Assembly: GCF_018977255.1 (NCBI RefSeq)
Contig: NW_024704742.1
Span: forward strand, 42,968,001-43,032,000
Direction: 5' to 3'
Source: Callorhinchus milii
Lineage: Eukaryota
Length of the DNA: 64,000 nucleotides
The notes below the pieces were generated by a model that worked only from the letters and a program-made list of their open reading frames with translations, had not been told where the DNA came from and did no database searches. How positions within the stretch are numbered: the first letter of the stretch is position 1; the number at the start of each line of letters is the position of its first letter. Of this stretch, positions 48,746 through 62,399 are shown piece after piece. Both the position numbers and the translations under genes were made by a program.

Positions 48746-51699
48746 GAACCAGGTCTAAACTTATTTTTCTAACATTTACTCCTACAACACAAGTATTACG
48801 TGTATTTACTTAAAAAATATAAACAATCTGTCGTTACCTTTTCTTATACAGATATCCTATGAAGGAGTTATCTTTTCTAATCCAGATATCCAATAAAGAA
48901 GACTGGTAGAAGTTCTCATGAAGACAAACAAGGAATGGCCGGTGACCGTCCAATGCAGTAAAAGTGAAATTAAAAAATTGAAAGGTAAAGGCATTGAGTA
49001 CTTAGTCAATACGATCTGCAGTCCATAATTATACTTAGAATTGCTTCAGTTGTCAGGTTAAATAATGCACTTGTCAGATGGCTGGTATTTGTCAAATGTC
49101 TGGTTTACAATATTATTAATTATCATGCAGTAATTATTCAGGTAATTTAAGATATATTTTGGCTAATCGGAAAATATTCTTTTAAGAGCATGTTAGCCTG
49201 AAATTCCCTCCCCCAATCACAGAGCAAGATTCTGTAACTTATTTGCATCATAAAACTTCTAAAAGCCAGTCACGAATAATGCACTGTGTGCCTGTTACTC
49301 CACTTTACCCTCATTATAATATAAACCATGGGAACCAAGCATTTTTTTGCATTGTAATGAGGTGTGCACTGTAGTGAATGTCTCAGGATTTAATGATGCA
49401 ATGTGAAAAAGGAACTATGCACAAAGGTCTAATAGTTTTTTAACGTGGACAGATAGTACCTATCTCATGCGGGGGACACCCTTACACTCCACAGAACCTC
49501 CTTGCATTGCCACTGATCCTCTTGCTCTACAACAGACCCCTCTTGCACAGTCAGGGAGTGCAGCAGTTTGGTCAGTGTATGAGTACACATCCTCTGTAGC
49601 TATATATGCAGTACTGTGTAGAGCAGAAAGTATGCTCCAAAAGTAATCCTACAGAGACTCTTGCCTCAAAATTAGCACAATGTGCCGTTATTTCCCCATC
49701 AGCAGATTAAAGAAATGGATTAGCTGCTCTGAAGCATTAATCCCCAGTACACTGCTATATTCTAAAACCTTAAATTTCAAATGTGTTACCATGTGTATTC
49801 CTAAGGGGCCATGCATTAATCTACCAATATAGTGGGCAAAGGCATAAATCTACTCACAAACAGAGAACCTCATAGTTCCAACACTTAGCCACTGCCTCAT
49901 GAGTTATTGAGTTTTCAGTCTTCAATTTTTAGCAAAGAATGTTGGTATTATTACACCAGGTCTATAGTGCAGACATAGCTAAACTGAAGCTGCGGGGGAT
50001 TCAGAGAATAACAACAACAAAATTACATTTGTATAGCGCCTTTCACTTCAGGAGTATGTCCCAATATATGTTTTAGTAGTGAGCCCCGTGTCCAAATGGA
50101 ATCCTTTACTAGTGAACTTTAGATTATATACAACTTGCTGAACAACAATCCATGCACTTTATTTTTTGAAAAGCAGTTCTTTCAATGGGTTAGTTTGTGC
50201 AATAACCCCAATTATTGCGTGAGTGAAGGGCAGCTTTACCACTGAAAGAACTAATGATGTTCTTCATGACTGATTTTTCATCGCCAGAGATTTGTAATGA
50301 AAAGAATCTTCCCCGCAGCAATCTTACTCAGTCGCATTAACATAAGATGTTAATGATCCTGTGACACTATTCGAAGATTGGTCATTCACTTCTTGGGCCA
50401 ATTCTAGGAAATAGGCTGCCATGTTCACCAACAAATACAGTCGCTATACCTGACAGTAAATCCTGTGAAGCACTTTCAGACAGTCAACAATATGATTAGG
50501 TCCTGTATGAACTGCCGGACTTATTATGATTATTACAAGGTTCCTTCTTGCTGCCTCAGCAGAGCTGCCACCATCCAGCAAATGAAAGCTCGTGCACCCA
50601 GTCGCAAGACAGCACAATGACATTATGTGTGAAGGCCCTTTGAGACAGTTCTTTGCCTCAATCAGCGATTCCAAACAATAGCTGAAGATTGAGTAAAGTC
50701 GCCCGATATTCTGGCATGTCGCTCAGCCTCCACTACATCATTTCAGTTTTGGTCAAGAGGTAAAAAAACTGCTGTAAAGGTGCTTGGGCAAAGCATATCA
50801 TATCACCACGCCACTTAAGCGGTGACCTCTGTTTGAAACACACCAAGATTTCTAATTGTAACAAATATAACAAAAAGTGATCCTCAAATGTCAGCATGTT
50901 TACCAGAGATGCACTGATTCCACAAATAGGATGAACTAAACACAAGCCAACATTTAGTAAGTTAACAAGTAATTAAGTACATTTTAAAGCCCAAATTAAA
51001 TAAAACCCTAAAGAAATGCTGCTTCAGATATGCCATTTATATAAATAGAAAATATTTTGAAATGTATAATTTTTCTACATGAAGTACATAGGAACAAAAA
51101 TAAATTGGATCATCTCATAAAATCCTGTACTGTGGAGGACCATGCAAGCAAAGAAAAAAGCATTAATCATTTCTACTGATAAAAGGAAATGCCTGTCAGA
51201 GGCACTTCTCCCACATTTATGGTACAGGTTACTTCACAGAACTATTTATGAACCAGACAAAGGCTGACAATGCTGCATTTGCTGTTTACTTTCAGTGTGG
51301 AATCCAAACCAACATCCAAATAACTGAGCATGCAGAAAGCTGCTACTTTTGTTTCATCGATGCTCGTCTGACATGATTGCAGGAGAAAACCTGTACAAGC
51401 TCGCAGTCAACAAAACACCTGGAAGCAGCAGAACACAACAATTGCTCTGCAATTCCAGGCACCATTGCTTCTGGAGACATAATGAAGTGATAGCTTGGCA
51501 AGCAAGCACTTTGAGGCGTTCATCCAACATGAAAAGGCCGTGTAAATGCTTGTTGTTCTAATTGCTCTCAATGCATGGGCCACAGTGTAAATGCTGTATT
51601 TGTAATTTTCGCATAAGAGAATGTCTCAAAATGCTTTACACGGACAGTGTAGGGCACAGAGCAAGGTGGAAGAAGCTTGGTGGGTGAAGGTGGGTGAAG

Positions 51700-52084
51700 T
51701 CGTCCATCGCCTTCAAAGCCATCCACAGCCTTGTTCCTTCCTACGTCTGTGACCTTCTAACCCCATAATCGACCTGTCCATTCAGTAGGCTCTGGCCTGC
51801 TTCACGCCCCCGCATGGCACGCCCCACCATTAAAGGTCGGACCTTCAGTTTCTTCGCCTTGCTCCCTCCCTAACACTGCTGTACTCCATCTTGAATCCCT
51901 GTATTGCCTCCTTCAAGGGCCTTCTCAAGACCCTCCTCTTCAACGGCATCTTCGGTCACCCTCCTACCCCAACCCTCCTTGCCCTCCAATCCTCCTGATC
52001 CCAACGCCCTGCTCGGGTCCAAATCCCTGACTTGGGATGTGCTCCTGACGTGAAAGGTGCTGTACAATGTAATTTGTTGTTGTT
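51700..52084 (+). mobile_element. L2 3' fragment
   Basis: Aligns by eye to the other L2 copies; tail gacgtgaaaggtgctgtacaatgtaatttgttgttgtt. Confidence 0.85.
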
Positions 52085-53302
52085 GAAACCATAGTCATAA
52101 AGGTAGCTGTTTAGAAGGGTTTTCATAACAAGAGGGTGTAAGGCAGTGAAATTCTGGAAGAGAGTTCCAGGTGATTCAGTAGCACATCATATTTTTCTGC
52201 AAAGCTGAGCTGCCCAATGGGTGGGCAGAGAGGATTAGGGACATGTAGTAGGTCTGAGATTGCTTGGCAAAGCAAGAGAGGGGAGAGTAGCCGGAAGAAG
52301 AGAGCAGTGAGTGCAACAACGCCATGGAAGAATTTGAAAGCAATTTGAGAATCATGAAGTCAATTCATTGGGGATAAGGAGCGAGTGGGCTTGGTAATTA
52401 TGGGGTTGATGTGCAGAAAAGGATACAATTGCATCTTCTGTATGCAAGGGTTTGCTTTGCTTGTTACACTATTCCAATTATAGCCTGCATGGAATCAGCT
52501 ACTGCAGTTGCTTAGAAGTCAACCAAAAAACACAATGATCACATTAGTGTGGAGTTACAAGTTAATGTACTGCCTCGTAAAGTACTACCACAGGGGTTTT
52601 GGGACAGGAATTCAAAATAATTTTCTGGTGCTATCAATACCTTCCATATCAATTTGACCAAAAATCATTGTAATGCTCCCTAAACCAAAAATAGCATCTC
52701 AAGGCATAAAAATAATTTGGGCTGCAGATTTAGCGTGGCATTTTAGGTCAAAAATCAGAGCAGTCACAGTAAATTAACATGAAAATGTTGGAAGAAGTCA
52801 CGAGTATGGAAATTCAATAATATGTCTTCATATCTCCCCACATTTCCCATGTCTAAACCGGGACTCAAAATATATATTAAAAATATTGTGCCAGCCTTTC
52901 TCAAGCTGAATGAGAGAAATGTAAGGGACAGCGGGATTTGTTACTGACAAACGGAAAAAAAATCACGGTATCCATTACGCTTTTTCCACGGTGACAAATC
53001 TGAAGCCTGGAAACTCAGGACACCAATATTTATTTGAAAGCAAGTTCCTACAATGCGTGAAACAATACATATATGCCAGCACATTTTTAGAGGTTGTCTG
53101 CAGTTCTAATGCTCGACCAAGTATAACCTGACTGAGATGAACAGGAGAGTTCTGCGAGTTACAGAATGATAGAATTCTGCAGTCCAGTCTGCAGTCCTTT
53201 TTTCCACTTTAGTGTCCACTTGAACAAGGGGGTGGCACCTGGGTTCAATGGCTCACCTGAAGGACAGCACCTCGGATAATGCAGCCCTCTCTGTAATACT
53301 GT

Positions 53303-53955
53303 ATGTCGATGGCACCCACTTCTATCTCTTTGCTTCCATTCTCGATTCCAAGACCACTGTTTTCCTGGTTGATTGCCTGTTGGACATCTAGTCCTGGACG
53401 AGAGCTAACTTTCTCCAGTTGAATGTCGACAAAGCAGCTTAACTCGCCTGTTTGGCTCCTGTCAGAGGCTTCTCATCTCAGATGCTGACAACATCAATAT
53501 ACATGGATGCATGTTTCACCTCACAGAGCCAGTGCGGAACCTCAGGGTCTGGATCAGCACTCAACTGTCCTTTAAACCCGACATCCGTGCCTTGACCCAT
53601 TCAGCTTTCCTCCACCTCACATTTCCCGCCTCCGCTTCTACGATTCCCCTCGTGCTGTCAAAACCCATATCCGTGCTTTCATCATGAGCAGGCTTGAGTT
53701 TGCCAACTCTGTTCGGCAGCTTCCCAGTTCTTTCCTCCACAAGCTGCAGACTATTCAGAACTCTGCAGCTTGTGTCCTGTCCTGCACTAGGCTCCCCATC
53801 CTCATCCAGCTCCACCGGCTCCTCAACCCCCAGAGGATTGAGTTCAAGATCCTCATCCTCACTTTTTAAAAAAAAAACACGATCTTGCCCCACCCTACCT
53901 CTGTGACCTTCTAAAACCTTACCAACTCATCCGCTCCCTCCACTCAGTAGGGCAC
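53303..53955 (+). mobile_element. L2 internal/3' fragment
   Basis: ORF 53684..53869 SRLEFANS...KLQTIQNSAACVL...QRIEFKILILTF. Confidence 0.85.
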
Positions 53956-56849
53956 GTTTCCTTCCCCCTCCCCCACCCCAAGCCCACCCCGTTATTAGCC
54001 AAATAATTATTGCCAAATCCACTTTATTCTGGGTTCACAGACAGTAACAATTTAAATTTGGCTCCAGCGGGTTTGAAAAGTGGCATTACACTAATTGCTC
54101 ACCACACCACTGAGTAGGTGGCAGAAGACATAAGCAGCAACATAAAAACAGGATAGGCTTGCAGAACACAGCACTTATACTAAAACATCTTCACTTATAG
54201 TAATTCTCTGCATCTTTGTGAATAGCCGTGCGTGTATTTAGGAACATGCTTGCATAGGAAGTTGGAATAAAAAAAATGTAATTATAAACACACAAAAGCG
54301 CAATTTGTGGACCATGAAACATGAGATGAAAGTTAATACCTAGAAATTTACAGTATTACTTTTCACCTCCCCCCAGGTATCTTTTTGTGGTGACATCTTG
54401 AAAACTATTCAGTGGGAATGAATTGGACAGGGATGTCCCAGAGCAAAACAGGTCACGGTCCGATACAGAGCCAGACAGTTAGAAAGCTCTAGCACCCTGC
54501 AACTCAACATGGAAGACAAGAAATAATTAAAACTGTGGAACCATTGAGAAAGTAATGCCTGATCATATTACTAAGTAGAACATACTCTTTCCGGCAGGTG
54601 TCAAACACTTTTAATGCTGCACAACACAACAGCAAACTCGAGATTTAACAGTATTCACTTGTTAAATGGAGTAAAAAAAAGTGAACGTCATCTCTCTTCA
54701 CTGAGTTAATGTGCTGCATCACATTCCATTTGACACCATCAATTTTTTTTTAAGTATTCCACACACTCCAGCGAGTTTCAAGGCAGCCCCAATTCTGGAC
54801 ACGGATGACCTATTGAAAAGTATGAGATGAGCTCAGTTTTTAAATTGTTCTCGCAGATTAAGATAACTTTAAATGATTTATATGAAAACTCCTACAAAAA
54901 AAGTAAAATGAATAGTATGTGACCTTTCCATTTCCTCACAACTAGCAATCCTTACTTTAATGAGCGAAATGAACATCACCAAAAGAAAAATAAATCCAAA
55001 TGTAAAATCGATTCCCACAGGAGAGTTATGAGTTTAACACATTTCTGCTGTATTCACTATTCTCAGAGGCCTGTTAAATGCTAAATGTAGAGAGCTCCAA
55101 ATATGTGTACCCCTGATTCAGATGATGGGCACTATTAATTCTACCACTTACTATTCAGAACATCATCGATGGGTTGTTTTTGCATGTTATACTTCTTTTT
55201 CTACAAATACACTTGTGTTTTTTTTAAATTGCACAAACTGCAAGCCAAAACTCAATGATGATGGTTTTGAATCATCAATTTTGTGTAGCTACAACAGAAG
55301 TATATTAAGGCAATCACCTATCTATAGTCTCAGTTGGGGCAGCGATACAGAAAAATAAAATGGGATGTGGGTTGGGGGAAGGGACAAACCAAATATAGTT
55401 TAACTTGTGTAAATGTTGAACCATGCCAAGTAGAAATCAAACACTTAGACAAATAGTTTTATAATCCAATTTTTGATGTAATCCTTCAAATTATTTATAC
55501 TTTTTTTATTTTTGCTCATACTTTTGTAAAGGAACTGTGGGCTTCCCTTCTCCGGAAGGCTGGTATATGGTCCCACAGGCATTCCCCAAGCAAGCTGCCC
55601 ATATGTCCTTTTTTAATGTATACATCTGGGCAGAAAATGTTAGTAGGCTGTTCAGCAGTGGAGGAGTATATTGCATTTGAGGCCCATTGTTTGGTTGCCC
55701 AAGGCCAGGACACTGAGGCTAACTGCAGCACACTTACTGAACTGAGGCAACACATCCGAGATCCATGAATCAAACCTACGACCGTCTCAATCTGTATGGC
55801 TCCATCTCCCACTCATTTTACGCTTGACCAAGTGGAACCCTGAGACAGCACATCTGTGGAGTCATCACATTAAATTCTGAATTTTGCTCTTAATTTGAAT
55901 AATATTTTTCCAAGCTCAGTTTGAAAAGCAAGACAGCAACTAGAAGCCCTCTCTTTCACAAAAACACCTAAAAAAATTGTCAAACATTGCACATTTGTAA
56001 ACAAATTGTGCTGAATTGTGGGCTACTAAATTTACCCCACTTTGCAATTGAGCTTGGGAGTGTTTCATTTTCAAAATGAATGTCAATTACACCATCATTC
56101 AAAATGTCAAATTAATATTGCACAATCAGTTCCATATGTCCTGCCCAAAACACTGTACAACCTTGGAACAAACTAGTTCCTAAGCTGGTTCCTCTAACAC
56201 CTCTGAAATTGGAATTACATTAGTGTGCGTCAAATAGAGCATTTCATTCACAGTGGGGTTTCAATCCTTCAGCCTTATTGCACACAGGCAGAGCAGACAT
56301 TCAAGCCATTGTCAGACAATTCTGACATTGATTAATGGCTGCAATTCACTGAAGAGAAATGTTACTGTACCAGATTGACACATTTGTTCAAATTGAAGCA
56401 GGAAACAATCTTGACTGTAATGTTGATGCATCAAGTGAGGCAAAATGGTTAACAGCTGTATAAACAGTGTAAAATATCCAAATGTGCTCCCAGCAGAAGA
56501 CCAGGAACAGTCTTACTCAAGCTATGTATCATTTTTCTTTCAGTTTTCCATACAATCAAAGATATAGCCTATAGAGAGGCATTTCAGAATAGATTCTGTA
56601 ATTATTTCAATCTGGTCATATTTCACATTCAAAAAGGGAAAAAACAATAATGAGAACCATCTTGCTTCAGGATCAGTCCTAAGTATACAAATCAATGGAT
56701 AACTAATTTTGCACAAGAACCTGAAGATGACAGATTGCTGCAGAAAATAAACCAATTAAAGAAAAAGTGAACAGACATGCAAAATTTAATCAATTTCTCC
56801 CCCCCTTTCCACTGTCAATTTATTTTGCAATTTGGTGAAAATATTTGGA

Positions 56850-57025
56850 AACAGATTCGACAGTAGCTTTCAAAAGGGAATTGTATATGTACTTGAAAAG
56901 GAAAAATTTGCAGGGGTATAGGTAAGAGCGGGGGAGTGGGACGAGTTGGTAGCTCTTTCAAAGAGCCAGTACTGGCACAATGGGCTGAATGGCCTCCTTC
57001 TGTGCTATAATCTTCTATGACTCTA
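56850..57025 (+). mobile_element. CR1-type LINE 3' end (second family)
   Basis: ttcaaaagggaattgtatatgtacttg...gggctgaatggcctccttctgtgctataatcttctatgactcta: CR1-like 3'UTR with degenerate octamer tail. Confidence 0.75.
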
Positions 57026-57339
57026 ACATCCGTCCTATCAGATTAAGGAGCGCTGCTGCAATAATGCAAATTTGTAGAACGTACAGGTTCACATAAAACA
57101 GCAGCAAGAGGGCAGAATGACAATAAAAACAAGCCAACTATCTAGCACTTGTACAGACATGCAACTCCTTCCGCAAAATCGGGGATTTTCAGCACAACAT
57201 CACGTCAGTTCAAGTCGAACAAACTTTCTCAAAATTAATGCACATATAGCAACCTTAATTTTAATCTTGAAATGCATAGACTAGACGTATATCAATCAAA
57301 CTTATAAATCATTGTTGCTTCATATTGGGGATCAGAGGT

Positions 57340-57600
57340 TTTAGTTATAAGGGAAGGAGAAACTGAGGCAGTTTTTCTCTAGAACAGAGAAGGTCGAGAC
57401 GAGATCTGATGGAGGATTTTAAAATGATGAGTTGTTTTCATAAGTAAAGTGTGAACAAAAATGGCCACTGGTCAGTGAGTTAGTAACAGAAGGGCAGAGA
57501 CTTAAAACAATCATCATGAGAGCAAAGTGAGAAGTTAGTTTTTTTTCCACAAACAGGTTGTTAGGATGTGGAATGTTCTACTTCAAACTGTGATTGAGAC
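57340..57600 (+). mobile_element. Decayed CR1 ORF2 C-terminal fragment
   Basis: FSLEQRRSRRDLMEDFKMM and FFHKQVVRMWNVL resemble the CR1 FSLEKRRLRGDLIEVFKI and FFTQRVVxxWN motifs. Confidence 0.7.
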
Positions 57601-57612
57601 AAGATCCAGATT

Positions 57613-59055
57613 ACAACAATAACAAAAACAACAAAATTACATTGTAAATCGCTTTTCACGTCCCAAGGCGCTGAACAGACAAGATTTTCGGACACGAGCT
57701 GGGGGTCGGATGAGGGAGTGTGGAGGGCGGGGGGAGGAAGCAGAGAGATTGAAAGCACAGTCAAAGAGGAGAGTCTTGAAGGTGGCGAGGGAGGGGTTGA
57801 GAAGGAGGGACTGCGGGATGGAGCTCCAGAGGTTGGGTGTAGAGGGGCGGATGGCCCGCCCATCGATAGTGGGGAGGTGAACCAGGCCGGAGACCGCTGA
57901 GCAGAGGGAGCGAACAGGGTATTAGGGCGTTCGGAGATAGGGTGGAGCAAGACAGTGGAGGGTTTTGCAGGTGAGGACTAGGATCTTGAACTGTATCCTC
58001 TGTGTGATGGGAAGCCAGTGGAGTTGGGCAAGGATGGGGATGATAAGGTCGCGGAGCCTGGTGCAGGAGAGGACACGGGCTGCAGATTTCTTGATAATCT
58101 GTAGCCTGTGGAGGGAGGAGTTGGGGAGGCCGACAAGCAGTGAGTTTGCAAAGTCGAGCCTCGATGTAATGAAGGCATGTACGATAGTTTCGGCTTCCTG
58201 CGGTGTGAGACAGTGTCGGAGGTGGGGGAAGGCAGAGCGGGGCATGGTGCAGATATGGGGTAGAAAGGATAGTTGAGGGTCAAACAAGACTCCAAGGTTC
58301 CGGAGTGGCTTAGGGAGGTGGAGTGTGCGACCATGGACGGTGATGCTGTCAGCGCCTGAGGTGAGGAGGCGCTGACAGGAGCCAATTAGGAGACCCTCGG
58401 TCTTGTTGACATTCAACTGAAGAAAGTTAGCTCTCATCCAGACATTCTGTCAGAACAGCAGTGGTCCTGGAGTCTGCGGATGATGTCACCAAGAGGGAGC
58501 ATATAGATGTTCAAGAGGAGGGGACCAAGGACAGAGCCCCGAGGAACGCTGCACGAGACAGTCCGAGGCAAGAGAAGCAAGTTGAGGAGATGAAGTGCAG
58601 GCAGTGTGAGAGGTACGATTTGAACCAATCAAGGACAGCGCCGTGGAGGTTGAGATGAGAGGAGAGCGGTGGATGAGGATAGAGTGGTCGACGGCGTCAA
58701 AAACAGCAGATAGGTCAAGGAGGATGAGGAGACAGAGGGAGCCCTGGTCAAGATGGACAGAATATCATTTGACACTTTGACCAGGGCTGTTTCTGTGCTG
58801 TGGGCAGCATAGAAACCCGATTGGAGCGGTTCAAGGAGGGAATGGCGGGAGAGGAAGGAGCGAAGCTGAGAAGCAACAACTCATTCCAGGACCTTGGAGA
58901 GGAAGGGGAGATTGGAAATAGGGCGGTAGTTAGAGAGTAGAGAAGGGTCCAGGGAGGTTTTTCTTAAGGATAGGAGTGATGAGAGCGTTTTTTAAAGGGG
59001 TTGGAACGGTACTAGAGGACAGGGAGAGGTTTATGATGTCAGTGAGTAGATTAGC
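57613..59055 (-). mobile_element. L2 LINE 3' fragment (about 1.4 kb, partial RT)
   Basis: Motifs [61 protein letters not shown]; (caa)n tail at 57613-57635; internal deletions. Confidence 0.93.
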
Positions 59056-59171
59056 TGTTAAAAAGCTATTAGATAAATATCAGAAAAAGTGACATATAAA
59101 AGGGTATGTGGGGAAAAGTCAGGACAATGGGATTAAATGGACTGCTCTTTCAGAGAGGTAGACCACTATAA

Positions 59172-59370
59172 GAAAGTGACGTCCTTCAGATGAGAAGTTA
59201 AACCAAGGACAGACCTGTTGGCGTGTTAGATTCCATGGGACTATTGAAAAAGAGAAGGGAGTTTCTCACAGTGACCTGGCATAGAATCCCTCAGATAAAA
59301 TTTGTCATTCACTTCATTACTGTATGTGGGACACTGCAATGCGCAAATTGACGCCATGTTTACCTAAAAA
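59172..59370 (+). mobile_element. Deu-domain SINE fragment
   Basis: gtccttcagatgagaagttaaaccaagg...ccatgggactattgaaaaagagaagggagttt...tgtgggacactgc. Confidence 0.7.
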
Positions 59371-60949
59371 ACAGACCTGAACAAATAGGGGGGGGGGGGG
59401 AGGTTTGTGAAATTTATTTGTACATCTCACACAATAACATGCAAATGTACCATGTCACTGCACAAAAGTGAACGTGTATAAATCTGTGGATCCAAAAATG
59501 CACCAGAAAGTGATCACCCACATCATTGATAGCACTGATTTTTAAAAAAAGGCGTGGAATAGTTTCCTTTGAAAAGTAAAGTTCAGATCTCAATTTCAGC
59601 CTTCATATTCAGTAACAGCCAATAGAAACAAGGTATTGTACCAAATCATTCTGTGTCTCCATGCTTCTTAGAATTCATAAAATTTCCACTTGTAAACAAA
59701 AGCTTTGATGCTGAAATTAAATCTATTGAGGCACCTAGTCAACATGCACTCATGTGCTTCTTTTGTACAGACAACTCACCAGTGTTACCTGATCTGTAAA
59801 AGAAATACAGCAGCAATAATAATTACATTCAACTTATATGGGGAAAAACAAACCATCACTAACAATAACCGCATTGTTAAGAGCTCTGAAACACTATCTC
59901 AAGTGAAGGTGTTATATAAATACAAGTTGTTGTTGAATTAAAACAGGCTTTCCATCTTCTTCCTGTGCATTTGTAATGTTCTGAAATGCTGTCCTCTGTC
60001 CAGCACCTTGGGACGTCCTCCCGACGTGAAAGGCACTATACAAATGTAATCTTGTTGTTCTGCAGCAGCGTCAGTGCTACCTCTGCAAGATGTCATTCTT
60101 GTTATCAAATACAAAAATAAACCACTGCTGAAATAACTAGAGTGAATACACAGTATCATTATGAAGAGACAGCAATAAAGCTTGCAACCTTCTTGCTAAC
60201 GTAACCTTTTCTAAAGTCACTTACTCAAAAGCTAGACTTTGATCAAAATATACAGCAGTATCAGAACACAAATATCTGACCATGTTGTCCTAGATTTCTC
60301 TACCTAGTTTAGTAGAAAACAAAACCTAAAAATAACAAGATCAGAAGAAACGCAATGCAAGGTCCAGCTATTTATTAACTCTCTTCCCCTTTAAGTGAAT
60401 TTGTGCATACAATTCCAGTGAAATCAGTTTCAGTTTTGAAACTGTACAGTCAAAACTGGCAATTATCCCACTGGTCTGAGCTGTATTTGACCTAGGCCAT
60501 GAAATATTGTTGCTATCTCTACTTAAAGAACACACCAGCCAGCCTTTCTAGTGAAAGGCGCTTTATAAATGGAATCTTGTTGTTGTTGTTGTAGTGGACA
60601 TCTGGTCAGACATGTTTGATCATTTTTTTTAACAGAACAGCCTTCCTACTGCAATCACTCCATTCTCTATGGCAGAGTGCCAAGTGGTTTCTCAGAGGAC
60701 AATATAAAATACGCAAGGGGAAAAGAGAGAGGTATTTGCCTCACTGAGATATAAGAGAAAACTTTAACTGGAAGCAGGTCATAAAATCCCTAGCATGCAG
60801 TCACGTGTTTTGCAGGTCAGAGGAGAACGAACGTATCAAATAAATGTTTCTTTGAACAAAATTCTGAAGACAAGGATAAGACAAGGGTAAGTATGCTTTG
60901 AGAAATAAGCCAATGAGACCACCTCACATTACACCGGTGAATTAGTAGA

Positions 60950-61480
60950 CTGGCATTTTGATCGGAAGGTTGAGTATGGTAGAACACAACCACATTGTTG
61001 AATATAATACTTCAGCTGTTAAGTCAAGCTGGCAACGCTCCCGGTCCAGATGCCTTGCATGCGGATTTCTATTCAAAAAAAAAGCTTGACTCCAGAATTA
61101 GCACCGCTGTTTCTCAATGTCATTTTCTGCGTGACAGGCATGGAGTCCACACTGATCACATGGAAAGTGACAGCTATTTGACTTGCTCACAAAAGGCATG
61201 ATCTCTATGAAATGCATACTTCCCTCCTCAAGTGTGACTCTCAAATTATGGAGAAGTTCCTTGCCATATATCTGAATAAATGACTAAATTAGATCATATA
61301 AGATCAGACTGGGTTAACTGTGGGAGTCACTTGATTTAAATAAGATTTACTAAACGTCATTTACATGGCCCAGCACCAGATGGCCTTACTGGTATTTTGG
61401 AAAAACATTTAACATAGTCATGTTGTGCTTTCTTCAAGGAATGTTGGAGAGATTGAACTTGGTAACACTTTCTTCTAAAC
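60950..61480 (+). mobile_element. Highly decayed L1/Tx1-like LINE RT remnant
   Basis: GNAPGPDALHADFY (GKAPGPDG..EFY-like), then across frames SLLKCDSQIMEKFLA (ISLLNxDxKI-like), DQTG, EKTFN (EKAFD-like), in the expected order. Confidence 0.6.
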
Positions 61481-62399
61481 ACCAGAACTAGCATTTTGAT
61501 ACTCATGAAAGGACAAAGTCTAAGCCTCGGAGGATAGCCGCCATGGTGAACTGCAGAGTGCAGCTGGACAACACTTAGACTTTGGAGAAGCCATACATTT
61601 TATGTATAAATATGCAATCAACTAGAAAGTTCTTGTGGCTGGATTAAAAAGGGTTATTTTATAGGTCAAGGAATCTGACAAAAGAACATATTTAAATAGC
61701 TATTTAAAGAATGAACTGTGCAGGATGAGAATGACACTATAGATTAAATTATCCCATCAGAAGTGTTGAGGTGATTGAGAAACTCAAATAAGTTCTAAAA
61801 GATGAGTTTGATGAAATCACATAATCTTTCACAACAAAGTGACCTCACACGAGCGAGTTCAATATTGTAAGAAAAAAAACATCTATCATACAGCTGCATA
61901 GAATGTGGCTCATGTATGCAGAGCTGATGGAGTCGGTTGACCATTCATATTGATAGAGGCCAGATATGGTCAGAACATCTCATAGCAATATCACCAAAGG
62001 TGATAGTTGGCATCCTTGAAATTCCAGTTGGTCTTATAACTGAGCGCGCTCAAGAACAGAGTAGCTAATGGTTAGCACTAACACATCATGTCATCATTGA
62101 TCACTTGACTGGTGACCGCCTGAACATGAACACAGTATAAAACCTGTATGAGGCACACATTCATAAAGTGATTTGCACTGGAGCCAGCCTGCCAAAAGCA
62201 CCTAAAGGAAACGGTTTCACTGGGAAATCAATTCACTGTGCTGCAATATAAATGAACCATTTCTAATGCTATTAAAGAACCAGCCTCACTCCCGCCTTTT
62301 TAATAACTTAGAAGCGAACAGTATCTAGGATTGAACATCAGTGCTATGGGTACATGCAACTAAGCATACATGTAGAGCCCCTAGCAAAAGTGATTCATC

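Noticed and set aside
48852..48984. Plus-strand exon-like segment with good acceptor and donor
   Set aside because: Stops in all three frames; the acceptor-like sequence is a local duplication of about 30 nt (48839-48867, 48873-48901). An antisense non-coding exon cannot be excluded without RNA data.
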